From the IMG/VR virus record IMGVR_UViG_3300048872_000176, positions 1-56,418 of that record: a DNA stretch of 56,418 nt, one strand, 5' to 3'. The first letter of the stretch is position 1; every line of letters begins with the position of its first letter. The translations under genes and the position numbers were made by a program. Source of the stretch: a virus. Taxonomy: Duplodnaviria; Caudoviricetes. Below are positions 34,501 to 42,800 of this stretch, in pieces. A model generated the notes under the pieces. The model ran no database searches. It was not told where the DNA came from and saw only the letters and a program-made list of their open reading frames with translations.

Positions 34501-35746
34501 CACTGCGTATAACCCAGGTCAGTTTTGGACTTTTACTTCCCCAGTAACCCGACTGGTGCCGACTACGGTAGGGCTGCTGGTTTGGACTACTTCCGATCTT
34601 GGAATTATTCAAGGCGGGCCGCAAATCACGACGCTGTTCAATAATATTTATGTGCCCGGCCTCGGGCTCACTTCTTTCAACGCACTAACCGTAAATGGTG
34701 GGCTCATTGATTTGTTCACTGCGGATAGTCAAGTAGTACGATTCGATCCCAACATGGGTGTGTCGAAAATCGGTGTGCCTATTGGAGACCAGTTTTTTAA
34801 ATACGGCGCACAGACTACGACTTTTTCGCCAGCAACTGCTTATGTTACTTTCCACACCCAGGGTTTAAACGATGAGGCTTTATTTGTAGCGGATGGTTCA
34901 ACAGGCTGGTTTCGTGGTGTACCAAACCTCGCTCCGGACGCTGCGATCTCTGGTCCTGTGTGGAGTCCGAAAGCCACGGTTGTTGGCGGCTGTAAAGCTA
35001 TTCAATCCCTTGAAGTTCAACCTGGCCAACACGCTTTGCTGATCGGAGCTACGTCCGCGAATCATCCGGTGCTCGTGCGAGATTCGACGTACACCACCTT
35101 CACGGACAATTCTTCAGCTTATGCCGCGAATTTTATTTTCGGTTCTATGGTGTTGGCGAATCCAGGGCAGCTTGCGGAACTCGGTTTTATCACATGTGAA
35201 TTCATTAAAACAGGAACCTCCCCAATCTTGTCTGTCATGCTGGATGAACTCGCGGACTCCGTGATGGTAATTTCCGCGGCACTGAAGAGTGGAAACAACG
35301 TCATTTACACTTATACTCTGACCACTGGTTATGCTGTAGTACCTGGTTCGGGTGTGACAATCACAGGAATGGCGGATGCTGCGAACAACGGAACCTTTAC
35401 TGTTACTGCGGTCGGAGCGGGAACCTTCACCGTTGTGAACGCCGCGGGTGTGACTCGTGCGGTTCAAACCGGAGCGGGAACTTTATTCGAAAGTTTGTCC
35501 GGGTATGTTTCCGCCGTCACTAGTTTGCCACCGCAGGATGCACCAACCGTTTATGGTTTGCAGTTCACTCCTGCGAGTACATACGCGAACCGTTATTACT
35601 TCGCACAAAGTGTGAATGGAGTTGTTCCTCCACAAGGCGTGGATTGCCGTCACATGCAAGTGAAACTGGATTTCGGCTCAAGCGATATCATTCAAAACGA
35701 GCTTTTAACAATGAGTATTTTCGGGAAACATTGGCAGGAAGTCTAG
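31544..35746 (+). CDS. Tail nozzle / packaged-DNA stabilisation protein with multiple inserted domains
   Basis: 1400 aa after the adaptors; N.E.....TICRRPG, GRIF...S, propeller-like C-terminal half; repeated W...DG.V.W and beta-barrel inserts. Confidence 0.7.
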   Translation: MANALQAVGSHGDHDSGWAPIFTNRFFLGLWTNRNPLRAPTGVIYENYYRLGGTDALIGGNNVEISNRLTICRRPGNTAGLTNFVSSSNIPDIPDSFYSFHEIGGTIRVFADTPTAPYLIGGYTNGAGTASQGIIPIFTKGAGVVQSFFQGIGQSLYFSDTAEQEKWLDFGSGNPGNSFSVITATSLTSNVATITAINNFAIGQTVVISQTTNNAGTFNTTGIITAANSSQFQFALVHANISPASDTGFANACWNLGIIAPTIAPTLNIVASGAAAVAWQASTYFSTMGLVVDGNNNVQELISVNNTGTNTTPFGTSGDGQPQWSATPGATTSDNTVTWTNWGPIVLWTAHTTYSNHRTGGDLTNPAYVYDPVSDTIWGNDSAGGASGISGAAKPAFAKSKKFIADGSVNSWINVSGVGIAANQGTIFFWQPNHLYSPSFSSTNRNYNAAIIEPIALPAPSNQVIFFQVATTGGTSGGSGTPPFQNLGAATQTYDNDLIWLNLGSATWVALTNYTAWTGTQPVFSVIQDTNGNMQVCVVSGQSGATQAHQQWQANHAYSNTNTIVDTNGRLQTVTSAGTSGAVKTLTTSDITSGVATYTTSTNHGYAVGQQVTVVTSSHDSAFNVTNAIITSLPTAAKFTINLAHDDIVSAADTGTSYAGPTWAPSGTTTDGGVTWTAGSTTTGWGVNYGDTTLDGTAKWVCVGPPMAWAASTLYHLPPPGFEPPSPSQPFGGSEVISTGFVQATIRSGKSAASLPTFSNTIGNFTIDNPGASEIIWTNAAAFSQNSISWTKGYGYVYAYKARGTFDQYAPLPLGGGLNPQGSGLGTNPAWSAGSGGLTPTGSADGSVSTASPSVQMAVGINSGSVVNISGLGSTDPQVDTVSIFRTFDGGATFFWLTDIKNPQSIGGIAQPWTFQDFLPDIATDLFLGLNTLVLAPINHSNDPPLAGMINLTQYFGRIFYSVGATVYCSQGPNVGGPSQPPGNGYTAYNPGQFWTFTSPVTRLVPTTVGLLVWTTSDLGIIQGGPQITTLFNNIYVPGLGLTSFNALTVNGGLIDLFTADSQVVRFDPNMGVSKIGVPIGDQFFKYGAQTTTFSPATAYVTFHTQGLNDEALFVADGSTGWFRGVPNLAPDAAISGPVWSPKATVVGGCKAIQSLEVQPGQHALLIGATSANHPVLVRDSTYTTFTDNSSAYAANFIFGSMVLANPGQLAELGFITCEFIKTGTSPILSVMLDELADSVMVISAALKSGNNVIYTYTLTTGYAVVPGSGVTITGMADAANNGTFTVTAVGAGTFTVVNAAGVTRAVQTGAGTLFESLSGYVSAVTSLPPQDAPTVYGLQFTPASTYANRYYFAQSVNGVVPPQGVDCRHMQVKLDFGSSDIIQNELLTMSIFGKHWQEV

Positions 35747-35913
35747 CATGCGGACACCCATTTACGCCAACCCACGGGATGTCTTCCGCGGTATAACTGA
35801 AGCAACCGAAAGCATTCTTTGCACTGAGTTGCGATTTTAGATTTCCGCCCGCCACAGCGACATTCGTCAGTCATGTCAGGTCGGAGTTCATACGTTCTCA
35901 TTGTGGTTTTCAC
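35743..35913 (-). CDS. Small Zn-finger protein (56 aa, antisense insert, not in ORF track)
   Basis: AGGAGGT RBS, GTG start, ...ECRCGGRKSKIATQCKECF...; own promoter. Confidence 0.7.
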   Translation of the reverse strand: MKTTMRTYELRPDMTDECRCGGRKSKIATQCKECFRLLQLYRGRHPVGWRKWVSAC

Positions 35914-35936
35914 TTAGCACCTCCTTGTCGAATCTA

Positions 35937-35964
35937 AGAATACTAATTTTAAGGATTTTGTCAA
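35937..35964 (-). promoter_or_regulatory. sigma70 promoter
   Basis: TTGACA-16-TATTCT. Confidence 0.6.
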
Positions 35965-35970
35965 GCACGA

Positions 35971-37437
35971 ATGCCTTCAATCGAATCGAACCGTCAAGCA
36001 GGGAAAACAGCCCGCGAACAAGGAAACATTAAGCCCGTTCAGTCAGTAAACGCGGTGAATCCTGTTCCTCCGATCCCGACTTATCCTTCTGCGCCTAACC
36101 CGGATTTACGGACAACGCTTCCGGCTTCGTATGTTCAGCAACCAGACCAGCAGCGTCAATGGCAAACAGGAGCAGTTCGGCAACAACGTATTCCACCCAC
36201 TTCCGCAACCGGAAACGCGATTGTCGGAGCGCAAGCCGCATCGCAAAGTATTGTTTCTGCCCGCAGTGGTTCGGGAGGAGTTTTGTTCGAAACGGACAAT
36301 ATTCCAAACGCTCTACAAAGTGTTCTGAACCTTATCGCGGGTACGGGCACTACTTTAACTGCGGACTCTCAGGGTGGCGTAACCATCACGGGCGGGGGGT
36401 CGATTATTCCGAACCCGCAAACCGGGACCGAGTACATTGTTTTACTTACGGATTTCAGCAAACTTATTAGTGTGAACAATCCGGCAGGCGGAACCGTTAT
36501 TTTGCCTGGCCCATCGGCGGGGTCTTTTAGTTTCATTCAGGCTGTGAACTTTAATGCAGCCGCTCAATCAGCCAGCACGACAATTACAAACACAATCCGA
36601 AATTTAATGATTTTGTCCGTGAAAATCAGCGATGGTGGAGCGTCCGTTCCTACCGTAGTGGACACGAACGGGAATGTTTGGACGATGATTGCGACTGAAC
36701 CTGATGGTGGAAACATCCCCACGTCGTTTTGGTACGCTTTTAATATCGCGGGCGGACCAAATACGATCACTGTTACGAACCCATCTAGCTCGGTTTTTTG
36801 TTTACCAACGGTGTTGGAATACGCGGGGTTCGACCAGAACGATCCGCTCGATACTTTTACGATTCATGAAGCTGCGGTTGCCGTTGTAACCACCGGATTT
36901 CCGAACTGTTTAGTTTACAACGGAATTCGGTTTAACACGACGCAAAACCCCACAGCAGGCTCGGGTTTCCTATCACGCTACAACGATACTCAAGAAATCG
37001 ATCAGGACCAACTTGTTGCGACACTGGGAACCGTAGTGACGGGAGACAGCGTTCCCACCGTTATCGGTTCCGGAGCCGTTTGTTTCACAGCGAGTTTTAA
37101 AACCGCTACCGGACCTTCAAGCGATGGATTTCCAGTTGGCTGGTATACGTACGTAGAAAATCGTGGACCAGGAACCTTCATCGTAACTTCGTCCGCTATG
37201 ATTGATGGTGTTGTTCAAAACATAACACTGCCGCCAAACACGGGCGTGCTGTTTGCTTTTGATGGAACTGATTGGTTCACTTTCCGTGGTGATCCGCAAC
37301 TCACTATTCCCAGCACCGCAGTTGTAGAAATCAACGGGGTTGGAACTTCACAAGATAAACAATTTTTCATAAATGGCGTCTTCGACGGTTCAACCGTTTG
37401 GGGCGTTGATATTAACGGTACCCCAGATGGAGGGTAA
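35971..37437 (+). CDS. Tail fibre/spike-like protein
   Basis: Position; LNLIAGTGTTL, QTGTEY..., FPVGW...IDG...DGTDW fibre motifs. Confidence 0.65.
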   Translation: MPSIESNRQAGKTAREQGNIKPVQSVNAVNPVPPIPTYPSAPNPDLRTTLPASYVQQPDQQRQWQTGAVRQQRIPPTSATGNAIVGAQAASQSIVSARSGSGGVLFETDNIPNALQSVLNLIAGTGTTLTADSQGGVTITGGGSIIPNPQTGTEYIVLLTDFSKLISVNNPAGGTVILPGPSAGSFSFIQAVNFNAAAQSASTTITNTIRNLMILSVKISDGGASVPTVVDTNGNVWTMIATEPDGGNIPTSFWYAFNIAGGPNTITVTNPSSSVFCLPTVLEYAGFDQNDPLDTFTIHEAAVAVVTTGFPNCLVYNGIRFNTTQNPTAGSGFLSRYNDTQEIDQDQLVATLGTVVTGDSVPTVIGSGAVCFTASFKTATGPSSDGFPVGWYTYVENRGPGTFIVTSSAMIDGVVQNITLPPNTGVLFAFDGTDWFTFRGDPQLTIPSTAVVEINGVGTSQDKQFFINGVFDGSTVWGVDINGTPDGG

Positions 37438-37439
37438 CA

Positions 37440-37880
37440 GTGGCATCAAACTTCAATGACTCGACTCCAGCGGCCCCCGCAGGATCACTTAATGTAATTT
37501 GGAATACAGATGGGGCGGGAAACGATTCTGCTTCCTACAACGCTTCGGTGGATGTGGGAGTTTCTTGGGATGGCGTAGGAGTTAACTCCCAACATCTCAT
37601 TTATCTAAAAATGAATCGGGCTATCACGTTTCCTGCGAGTGCTACTAATTCTCACGCGAGCGCGGCTGTGGCAGCTACAGGTTCAACCACCTTTACTTAT
37701 AAAAAAGCCGGGTCTTCTTTTGCTACGGTTGTTTTTTCAGCCAGCGGCACAACAGGTGCTTTTACTCAAGCGTCCGATGCTGTGTTCGCATCAGGTGACT
37801 TGTTGGAACTAGTAGGCCCAGCAACAGCCGATGCTACTTTAGCAACGTTCGGGTTTAATCTCGCGGGATATAAGACTTAA
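37440..37880 (+). CDS. Tail accessory beta-sandwich protein
   Basis: R.ITFP, AATGSTTF, F.SGD.L...P.TADATLA. Confidence 0.6.
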   Translation: MASNFNDSTPAAPAGSLNVIWNTDGAGNDSASYNASVDVGVSWDGVGVNSQHLIYLKMNRAITFPASATNSHASAAVAATGSTTFTYKKAGSSFATVVFSASGTTGAFTQASDAVFASGDLLELVGPATADATLATFGFNLAGYKT

Positions 37881-38488
37881 TGGCTCGTACAACTTTAGTA
37901 TCGGATAATTTCAATCGGGCGGATTCCAATCCTCTTGACGGAAATTGGACTCAACTAGCTTCGGGTGGTGGTTTCGGCCCTGCGCAATTAGTTTCTAACG
38001 CTGTTGAGGGTGCAACTGCGGGCGTTAACGCGGACTCTTGGAACAACGGTATTTCTTGGCCGAACGATCAGTGGGCACAAGTAACCGTCACGGCTCTAAA
38101 CAACTCCTTCATCGGAATTTCTCTCAGACAAAGTTTAATCGGGGCAGAAACGGCTTATCGGTTTGTTTACGGCCAGGGATCAACGGGTGGGAGTGTACCC
38201 TATATTATTCAAAAAGCGGTTGCTGCTTCCTTCAGCACCTTGAAAAGCGGAAGTTCAACTCTCAACAACGGAGATGTAATTTCCGCTGAAGCAATCGGTA
38301 CTACGTTAAATCTGTATGTCAACGGGTCTTTGATCGACACAACATCAGATGGTGCGATCACCTCGGGTGCGGGAGGTTTTATGATCGCCCCCATCACGAG
38401 CGCAGCGAATGCAATTTTGGATGATTTTTCTGGGGGTGGATTTTCTTCTCCGGTCACTTCTAAACCAGTTATGTGCATTATTCAATAG
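37880..38488 (+). CDS. Lectin-like beta-sandwich virion protein
   Basis: Paralog of the 18183 N-terminal domain. Confidence 0.65.
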   Translation: MARTTLVSDNFNRADSNPLDGNWTQLASGGGFGPAQLVSNAVEGATAGVNADSWNNGISWPNDQWAQVTVTALNNSFIGISLRQSLIGAETAYRFVYGQGSTGGSVPYIIQKAVAASFSTLKSGSSTLNNGDVISAEAIGTTLNLYVNGSLIDTTSDGAITSGAGGFMIAPITSAANAILDDFSGGGFSSPVTSKPVMCIIQ

Positions 38489-38542
38489 CATTTTAGTACC
38501 TTAGCGCGTCCCCCGCACTAGCATAGAAATTTAAGGAACCCC

Positions 38543-38785
38543 ATGAATGGTGATGCTCTAGAACTAATGCAAAAACTTGGAGAAATCCATGCGGATTTGA
38601 AGGAAGATATTGGTCGAGTCAAAACTGAAATGGCCGAATTTAAAGGCGAGTTCAGGGTTCGTCTCAGCACCATCGAAAAAAACGCGGACAACGATAAATA
38701 TTGGCATAATGTAAAAACTTTTGTAGTGATTCCAGTTACATTTGCACTTCATAAAACAGCGAGTATGTTGGGATTCAAGATTTAA
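38543..38785 (+). CDS. Coiled-coil plus C-terminal hydrophobic segment (holin-like)
   Basis: Architecture and RBS only. Confidence 0.45.
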   Translation: MNGDALELMQKLGEIHADLKEDIGRVKTEMAEFKGEFRVRLSTIEKNADNDKYWHNVKTFVVIPVTFALHKTASMLGFKI

Positions 38786-38798
38786 TCCAAGAGGTGTT

Positions 38799-39185
38799 AT
38801 GCTCAAATCGCGCTCTGTTACTGAACAAGACCGCATTAAATTAGAACAATGGATTGCCGCTGACCCGGATCACGTTGGTCGGGGTAATCCAGATTTTTGG
38901 ATAAAATCAGAACCTCATGTTCGGCAGTTCGTTATGCAAGACTCCTGTGGCGACATTTTTTTCGTGCGAGCGGAAAACGTTCTCCGTCTCCACATTCAAT
39001 TCGCACCCGATCAGAAAATTAGAACTGCCCGAGCTATTGATGAATTCACACCTTTGATTGCGGTCGGCGCGAAAAAAGAACATTACAAACAATTGATTTT
39101 TGAATCAGTTTTTCAACCTCTTATCGGATTTTTAGAAAAGCGCGGCTTTCATTCCAGCCCCGCAGAACAAGTGATGGAGTTATAA
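38799..39185 (+). CDS. GNAT-like fold protein (tail-associated)
   Basis: RLHIQF...KQLIFES...LIGFLEKRGF; typical position before ejection genes. Confidence 0.55.
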   Translation: MLKSRSVTEQDRIKLEQWIAADPDHVGRGNPDFWIKSEPHVRQFVMQDSCGDIFFVRAENVLRLHIQFAPDQKIRTARAIDEFTPLIAVGAKKEHYKQLIFESVFQPLIGFLEKRGFHSSPAEQVMEL

Positions 39186-39563
39186 ATGATCCGCGTTCAG
39201 AAAGTAACCAAGACCGATCCAGAAGCCGCGATGATTGTTGAATGGCTTTTGAAAGATGAATACCACCAGGCAATAGGATTGAAACCTGAACAAATCTGGG
39301 ATGGAGATGTGGCTCTTGTTTATGACGAAGATGGACCAATCATGGCTGTTAGATTTCAACGTGCTCTTCGAGCAGCGGTGCAATTCAACCCTGCTACCCG
39401 GCTCCGGAATGCTCGGGCCGGACGAGAAGTATCTAAATGGTTTCAAGATGTCGCTGGAAACAGTGGATGCAAAGAAGTGATTGTCCGCGCCGGGGGTCCT
39501 GCCAAGAATTTTGTGGAGCGCCTCGGGTTTGTGGAATTTGTAGGGCAATACCTAGGAGTTTAA
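39186..39563 (+). CDS. GNAT-like fold protein, paralog of previous
   Basis: R.AVQF...RNARA...GCKEVIV...NFVERLGF. Confidence 0.55.
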   Translation: MIRVQKVTKTDPEAAMIVEWLLKDEYHQAIGLKPEQIWDGDVALVYDEDGPIMAVRFQRALRAAVQFNPATRLRNARAGREVSKWFQDVAGNSGCKEVIVRAGGPAKNFVERLGFVEFVGQYLGV

Positions 39564-39566
39564 AAT

Positions 39567-40220
39567 ATGTGTGGAGCATCAGGCGAAGAGAAGACAGCGT
39601 TCGCGAACGAAACTAAAGTATCGAATCTTTTGACAAATCAGTTTCAAAAGTTCGCAGGCGACAACGCAGCGATTCTGAGTGAATTGACTCATAATCTAAC
39701 ACCTATTCAATCTGCGGGACCCGGCCAATTCGGGTTCACTCCTAGCGAAGAAGCCGCTATACGTACGGGTACCGCTGAACAATTGAACGCCGCGAGCGCA
39801 AACGTTTCTAATGCCGTCCGTAGTGCCGTCGCTTCAAAGGGTGGGGGCACGACTTATATGCCCAGCGGGTCTGAAGCTTCGATTATTGGTTCGCTTGCCC
39901 AAGATTCTGCCGTGAAAGAAGCTTTAGCTCAGTCCGCGATTACTCAAAAAGGATTTGATGTAGGCCGTCAGAACTGGGAGTTTGCAACTGAAGGACTTAT
40001 GAAAGCTCCAGGCGAGCTTGAAAACCCGGTTACAGGGGCTGGTGAAGGCGCTCTTGGTGGCGCTAAGGCTGAGATGGAAGGCGGACAAGCCATTACGTCT
40101 GCAAATCAAGCTTGGATGCAACCAGTAGGCGCGATTATTGGTGGAGTAGCAGGCGGCGCACTTGGTAAAATTCCTAGTTCTGGTGCGACGAAGCCGAGCG
40201 GTGGCGGCGGAAACGTTTAA
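39567..40220 (+). CDS. DNA ejection / pilot protein
   Basis: MCG start, Ala/Gly/Gln-rich, C-terminal GAIIGGVAGGALG. Confidence 0.65.
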   Translation: MCGASGEEKTAFANETKVSNLLTNQFQKFAGDNAAILSELTHNLTPIQSAGPGQFGFTPSEEAAIRTGTAEQLNAASANVSNAVRSAVASKGGGTTYMPSGSEASIIGSLAQDSAVKEALAQSAITQKGFDVGRQNWEFATEGLMKAPGELENPVTGAGEGALGGAKAEMEGGQAITSANQAWMQPVGAIIGGVAGGALGKIPSSGATKPSGGGGNV

Positions 40221-40234
40221 ATAGAGAAACGATC

Positions 40235-40666
40235 ATGATACGCTTCGAAATGCTTGCGTTAGCAATAGGAAAAAACAATGGAAGTTTTGACGACCCCGAA
40301 AGCCGCGCTTTCAAACTGCGGAATCCACTTCTGCTTAAAACTTATCGTCCTGAGAAAAAATTCGATTCGGAAAACTACAGAATTTTTACCAGTTTAATGG
40401 GTGGATTCAAGGCAGGTATTGCAGACCTGCAAGCGAAGTGCAGTGGAAAAAACAACCGTCTTAGTTCGGAAAACATCCTAAAGGATTTACTAGCTGTGTA
40501 TGGATTCTCGAACGAAGCAACTGCTCGTAAGCTGGTGCTTTTTTTGCGTCGGGCTTTACTAGATGAATCAGTTTCATTGAATACCCCAATCTGTTGGTTT
40601 TTAGAAATTCCTGTAACAGAAGTAGAAGAAGCAGAGGAGACCGTAAATGCCGGAAGTCGATCCTAA
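40235..40666 (+). CDS. Degenerate lysozyme-like (RNNNPGN-type) protein
   Basis: SRA.KLRNPLLL...F.S..GG.KA...DL..K resembles that family with altered motifs. Confidence 0.45.
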   Translation: MIRFEMLALAIGKNNGSFDDPESRAFKLRNPLLLKTYRPEKKFDSENYRIFTSLMGGFKAGIADLQAKCSGKNNRLSSENILKDLLAVYGFSNEATARKLVLFLRRALLDESVSLNTPICWFLEIPVTEVEEAEETVNAGSRS

Positions 40667-42800
40667 AACATCAGCAGCAATCGCCGGGGGTAGTAATATT
40701 CGCCCGAACGTATCGTTCGCTTCCGAACAACCTGCTCCCGCTGCGCCAGAGATGGTTTCTACTGCGGTCGCACCAGCGGCTCCTGCTGCGGCTGAACCAC
40801 CTCCTCCGGTTGCTACATCAAAAAATCCAGCCCTCCATAATCTGATTGGTTCGGTTCTAGGTGGCCTGGCTGGGCATCCACCTCCTAGTTATTCGTACGA
40901 TGACAACGGAAAGCTAATTATTACTGCCGCTCCTCCACAAAGTTCCGCGGACAAAATTCGCAGAATCGCTGCGAACGCACTGACTGGTCTCGCGGCTGGC
41001 GGCGGTCCTGAAAAGAAAAGCGGCCTTGCGAACGCTCTTTCTGGATTTGGTGAAGGCGCGGATGCCGTGCAGAAAAAAACGGCTGGTGATGATGTTTTGA
41101 AACGTGCTCAAGCTAAAGAGAATTTCGAGCAAGAACAACAAACAAAACTCCGTCAACATGAAATCGCCCGCTCGAATGCTTTGACACTTTCCACTTATTA
41201 CGGCGCTAAAAAGGCTGCAAATGATCTCGATCCGCACTTCAAACAAAATGAAAGTCTGTTTGATGCAGTGAAGGCTTCACCTGAACTCGGGGCGCACGCT
41301 ACGGAAATGTCTGATTCACAACTCGAACAAGAAGTCGGAAAAAATCCTGAATTTGCAACTACTCATATTGTGAAACCGCTTGGCTGGGCTCCGGAAGTAG
41401 ATGAAAAAGGCCAGCAAGTAATGGTGAATGGCGAGCCTAAGTTTTACATGCGCATGGCCGTCATTGATGGCACGAAAGACGGTAAGGTTCAAGTTACGCC
41501 CGAAATGGCTGCGGATTTCAAAAATTATGGGCCGATGGCTCGCATTCCTAACGCGGGCGACATCAAAGCAGGTGACTCGTACGATCTTGCCCAACTCTTG
41601 CCTGCAATGAATAAAGTAGAGGAGCAGCGTAAAGTAGTAATGGAAGGCTGGCAAAAATCCGAACTCGGCTGGATTACGGACAAAGACGGAAACGAAGTTC
41701 CGGTTGAAACCAACAAAATGATGCCTCCTGACATGCAGGGACGGACTCGTCCGCTCACCGTCACTCCAATGGCGATGAAATCAGAAGAAGCCAAGTCCGA
41801 TCAGCAAGAAGCTGCGGCTGAAAAAGATCGTGCGGACGCGAAGAAAGCTCTGGCTGAAGCCGCCCTCACAGCATCTTTAGTTGGTGCGAATGGTGGCCAA
41901 AGTATTCCCGCTTACATGGATGCGATTAGCAAGCTTCCTCAAACTTCACAAACTATTTTGCGTAACGTTTCTCCTGCGGAACAACTTGCCCTTCTGAAAG
42001 TCGCGAACGGTGACGCCGATCTCAGCAAATTGTTTCCTACCCGCGTAACTAAAGGTAGCGGACAACGTGATGCTCGCCACGCCGCGAATTTTGTGTCTTT
42101 GTTGAATCCTCAGTGGACTGAACAACTCTACGCCACTAAACAAAAGGCTTTGTCCGACTTTTCAACGGGCGAAGACGGAAAAGCAATCGCTTCGTTCAAC
42201 CAGTTCCTCGTTCACGCAGACGATGCCCGTATTGGTTCTGAACGTCTACAACGTACGAATAGTCCTTGGCTCAACGAACCTATCAACAAAATTCGCAGCA
42301 AGGGTATGGGCGATCCCGGTGTTCCCGGTTTGATGACGGATATTATGGCTGCTCGTTCTGAGTGGCAGAACTTTATCAAAAACGGACACGCTTCAGACGT
42401 AGCTGATACAGAGGCTTCCCGGCAAATCATGAGTGATACTTCTTCGCCCGCACAGGTGATGAAGGCACTTCAAGAAATGGGTAAGCAAGCGGTTGGCCGT
42501 CTCGACCAAATCGATGCGAAGTGGCGTCGGACTTGGGGCGGACATTATCCTGGAATCGTGTCGGATTCCGGACGAACCGCTGCGAATAATCTTGGTCTCG
42601 GGGACCAAATTAAAATGTATCCTTCTGAGTCTGGTGCGTTCGGTGGGGTTCAACCCAACAGTGGACAAATGCAGTCCCCGGACAATCCGGCTCAACGTCC
42701 GCAGGGCGCGACAGGTATTGCTCCTGGTAGCGACGGAAAAATGCACTATCACGACATCAAAGGTAACGATCTAGGATTAGCGCCAGCGAGCGGACAATAA
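40647..42800 (+). CDS. DNA ejection (internal virion) protein
   Basis: 717 aa, helical, Gly/Ala-rich N-terminal segments; position. Confidence 0.65.
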   Translation: MPEVDPKTSAAIAGGSNIRPNVSFASEQPAPAAPEMVSTAVAPAAPAAAEPPPPVATSKNPALHNLIGSVLGGLAGHPPPSYSYDDNGKLIITAAPPQSSADKIRRIAANALTGLAAGGGPEKKSGLANALSGFGEGADAVQKKTAGDDVLKRAQAKENFEQEQQTKLRQHEIARSNALTLSTYYGAKKAANDLDPHFKQNESLFDAVKASPELGAHATEMSDSQLEQEVGKNPEFATTHIVKPLGWAPEVDEKGQQVMVNGEPKFYMRMAVIDGTKDGKVQVTPEMAADFKNYGPMARIPNAGDIKAGDSYDLAQLLPAMNKVEEQRKVVMEGWQKSELGWITDKDGNEVPVETNKMMPPDMQGRTRPLTVTPMAMKSEEAKSDQQEAAAEKDRADAKKALAEAALTASLVGANGGQSIPAYMDAISKLPQTSQTILRNVSPAEQLALLKVANGDADLSKLFPTRVTKGSGQRDARHAANFVSLLNPQWTEQLYATKQKALSDFSTGEDGKAIASFNQFLVHADDARIGSERLQRTNSPWLNEPINKIRSKGMGDPGVPGLMTDIMAARSEWQNFIKNGHASDVADTEASRQIMSDTSSPAQVMKALQEMGKQAVGRLDQIDAKWRRTWGGHYPGIVSDSGRTAANNLGLGDQIKMYPSESGAFGGVQPNSGQMQSPDNPAQRPQGATGIAPGSDGKMHYHDIKGNDLGLAPASGQ

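Noticed and set aside
17994-38488. Diversity-generating retroelement acting on the lectin-like paralogs
   Set aside because: No reverse transcriptase and no near-identical TR/VR pair differing at adenines
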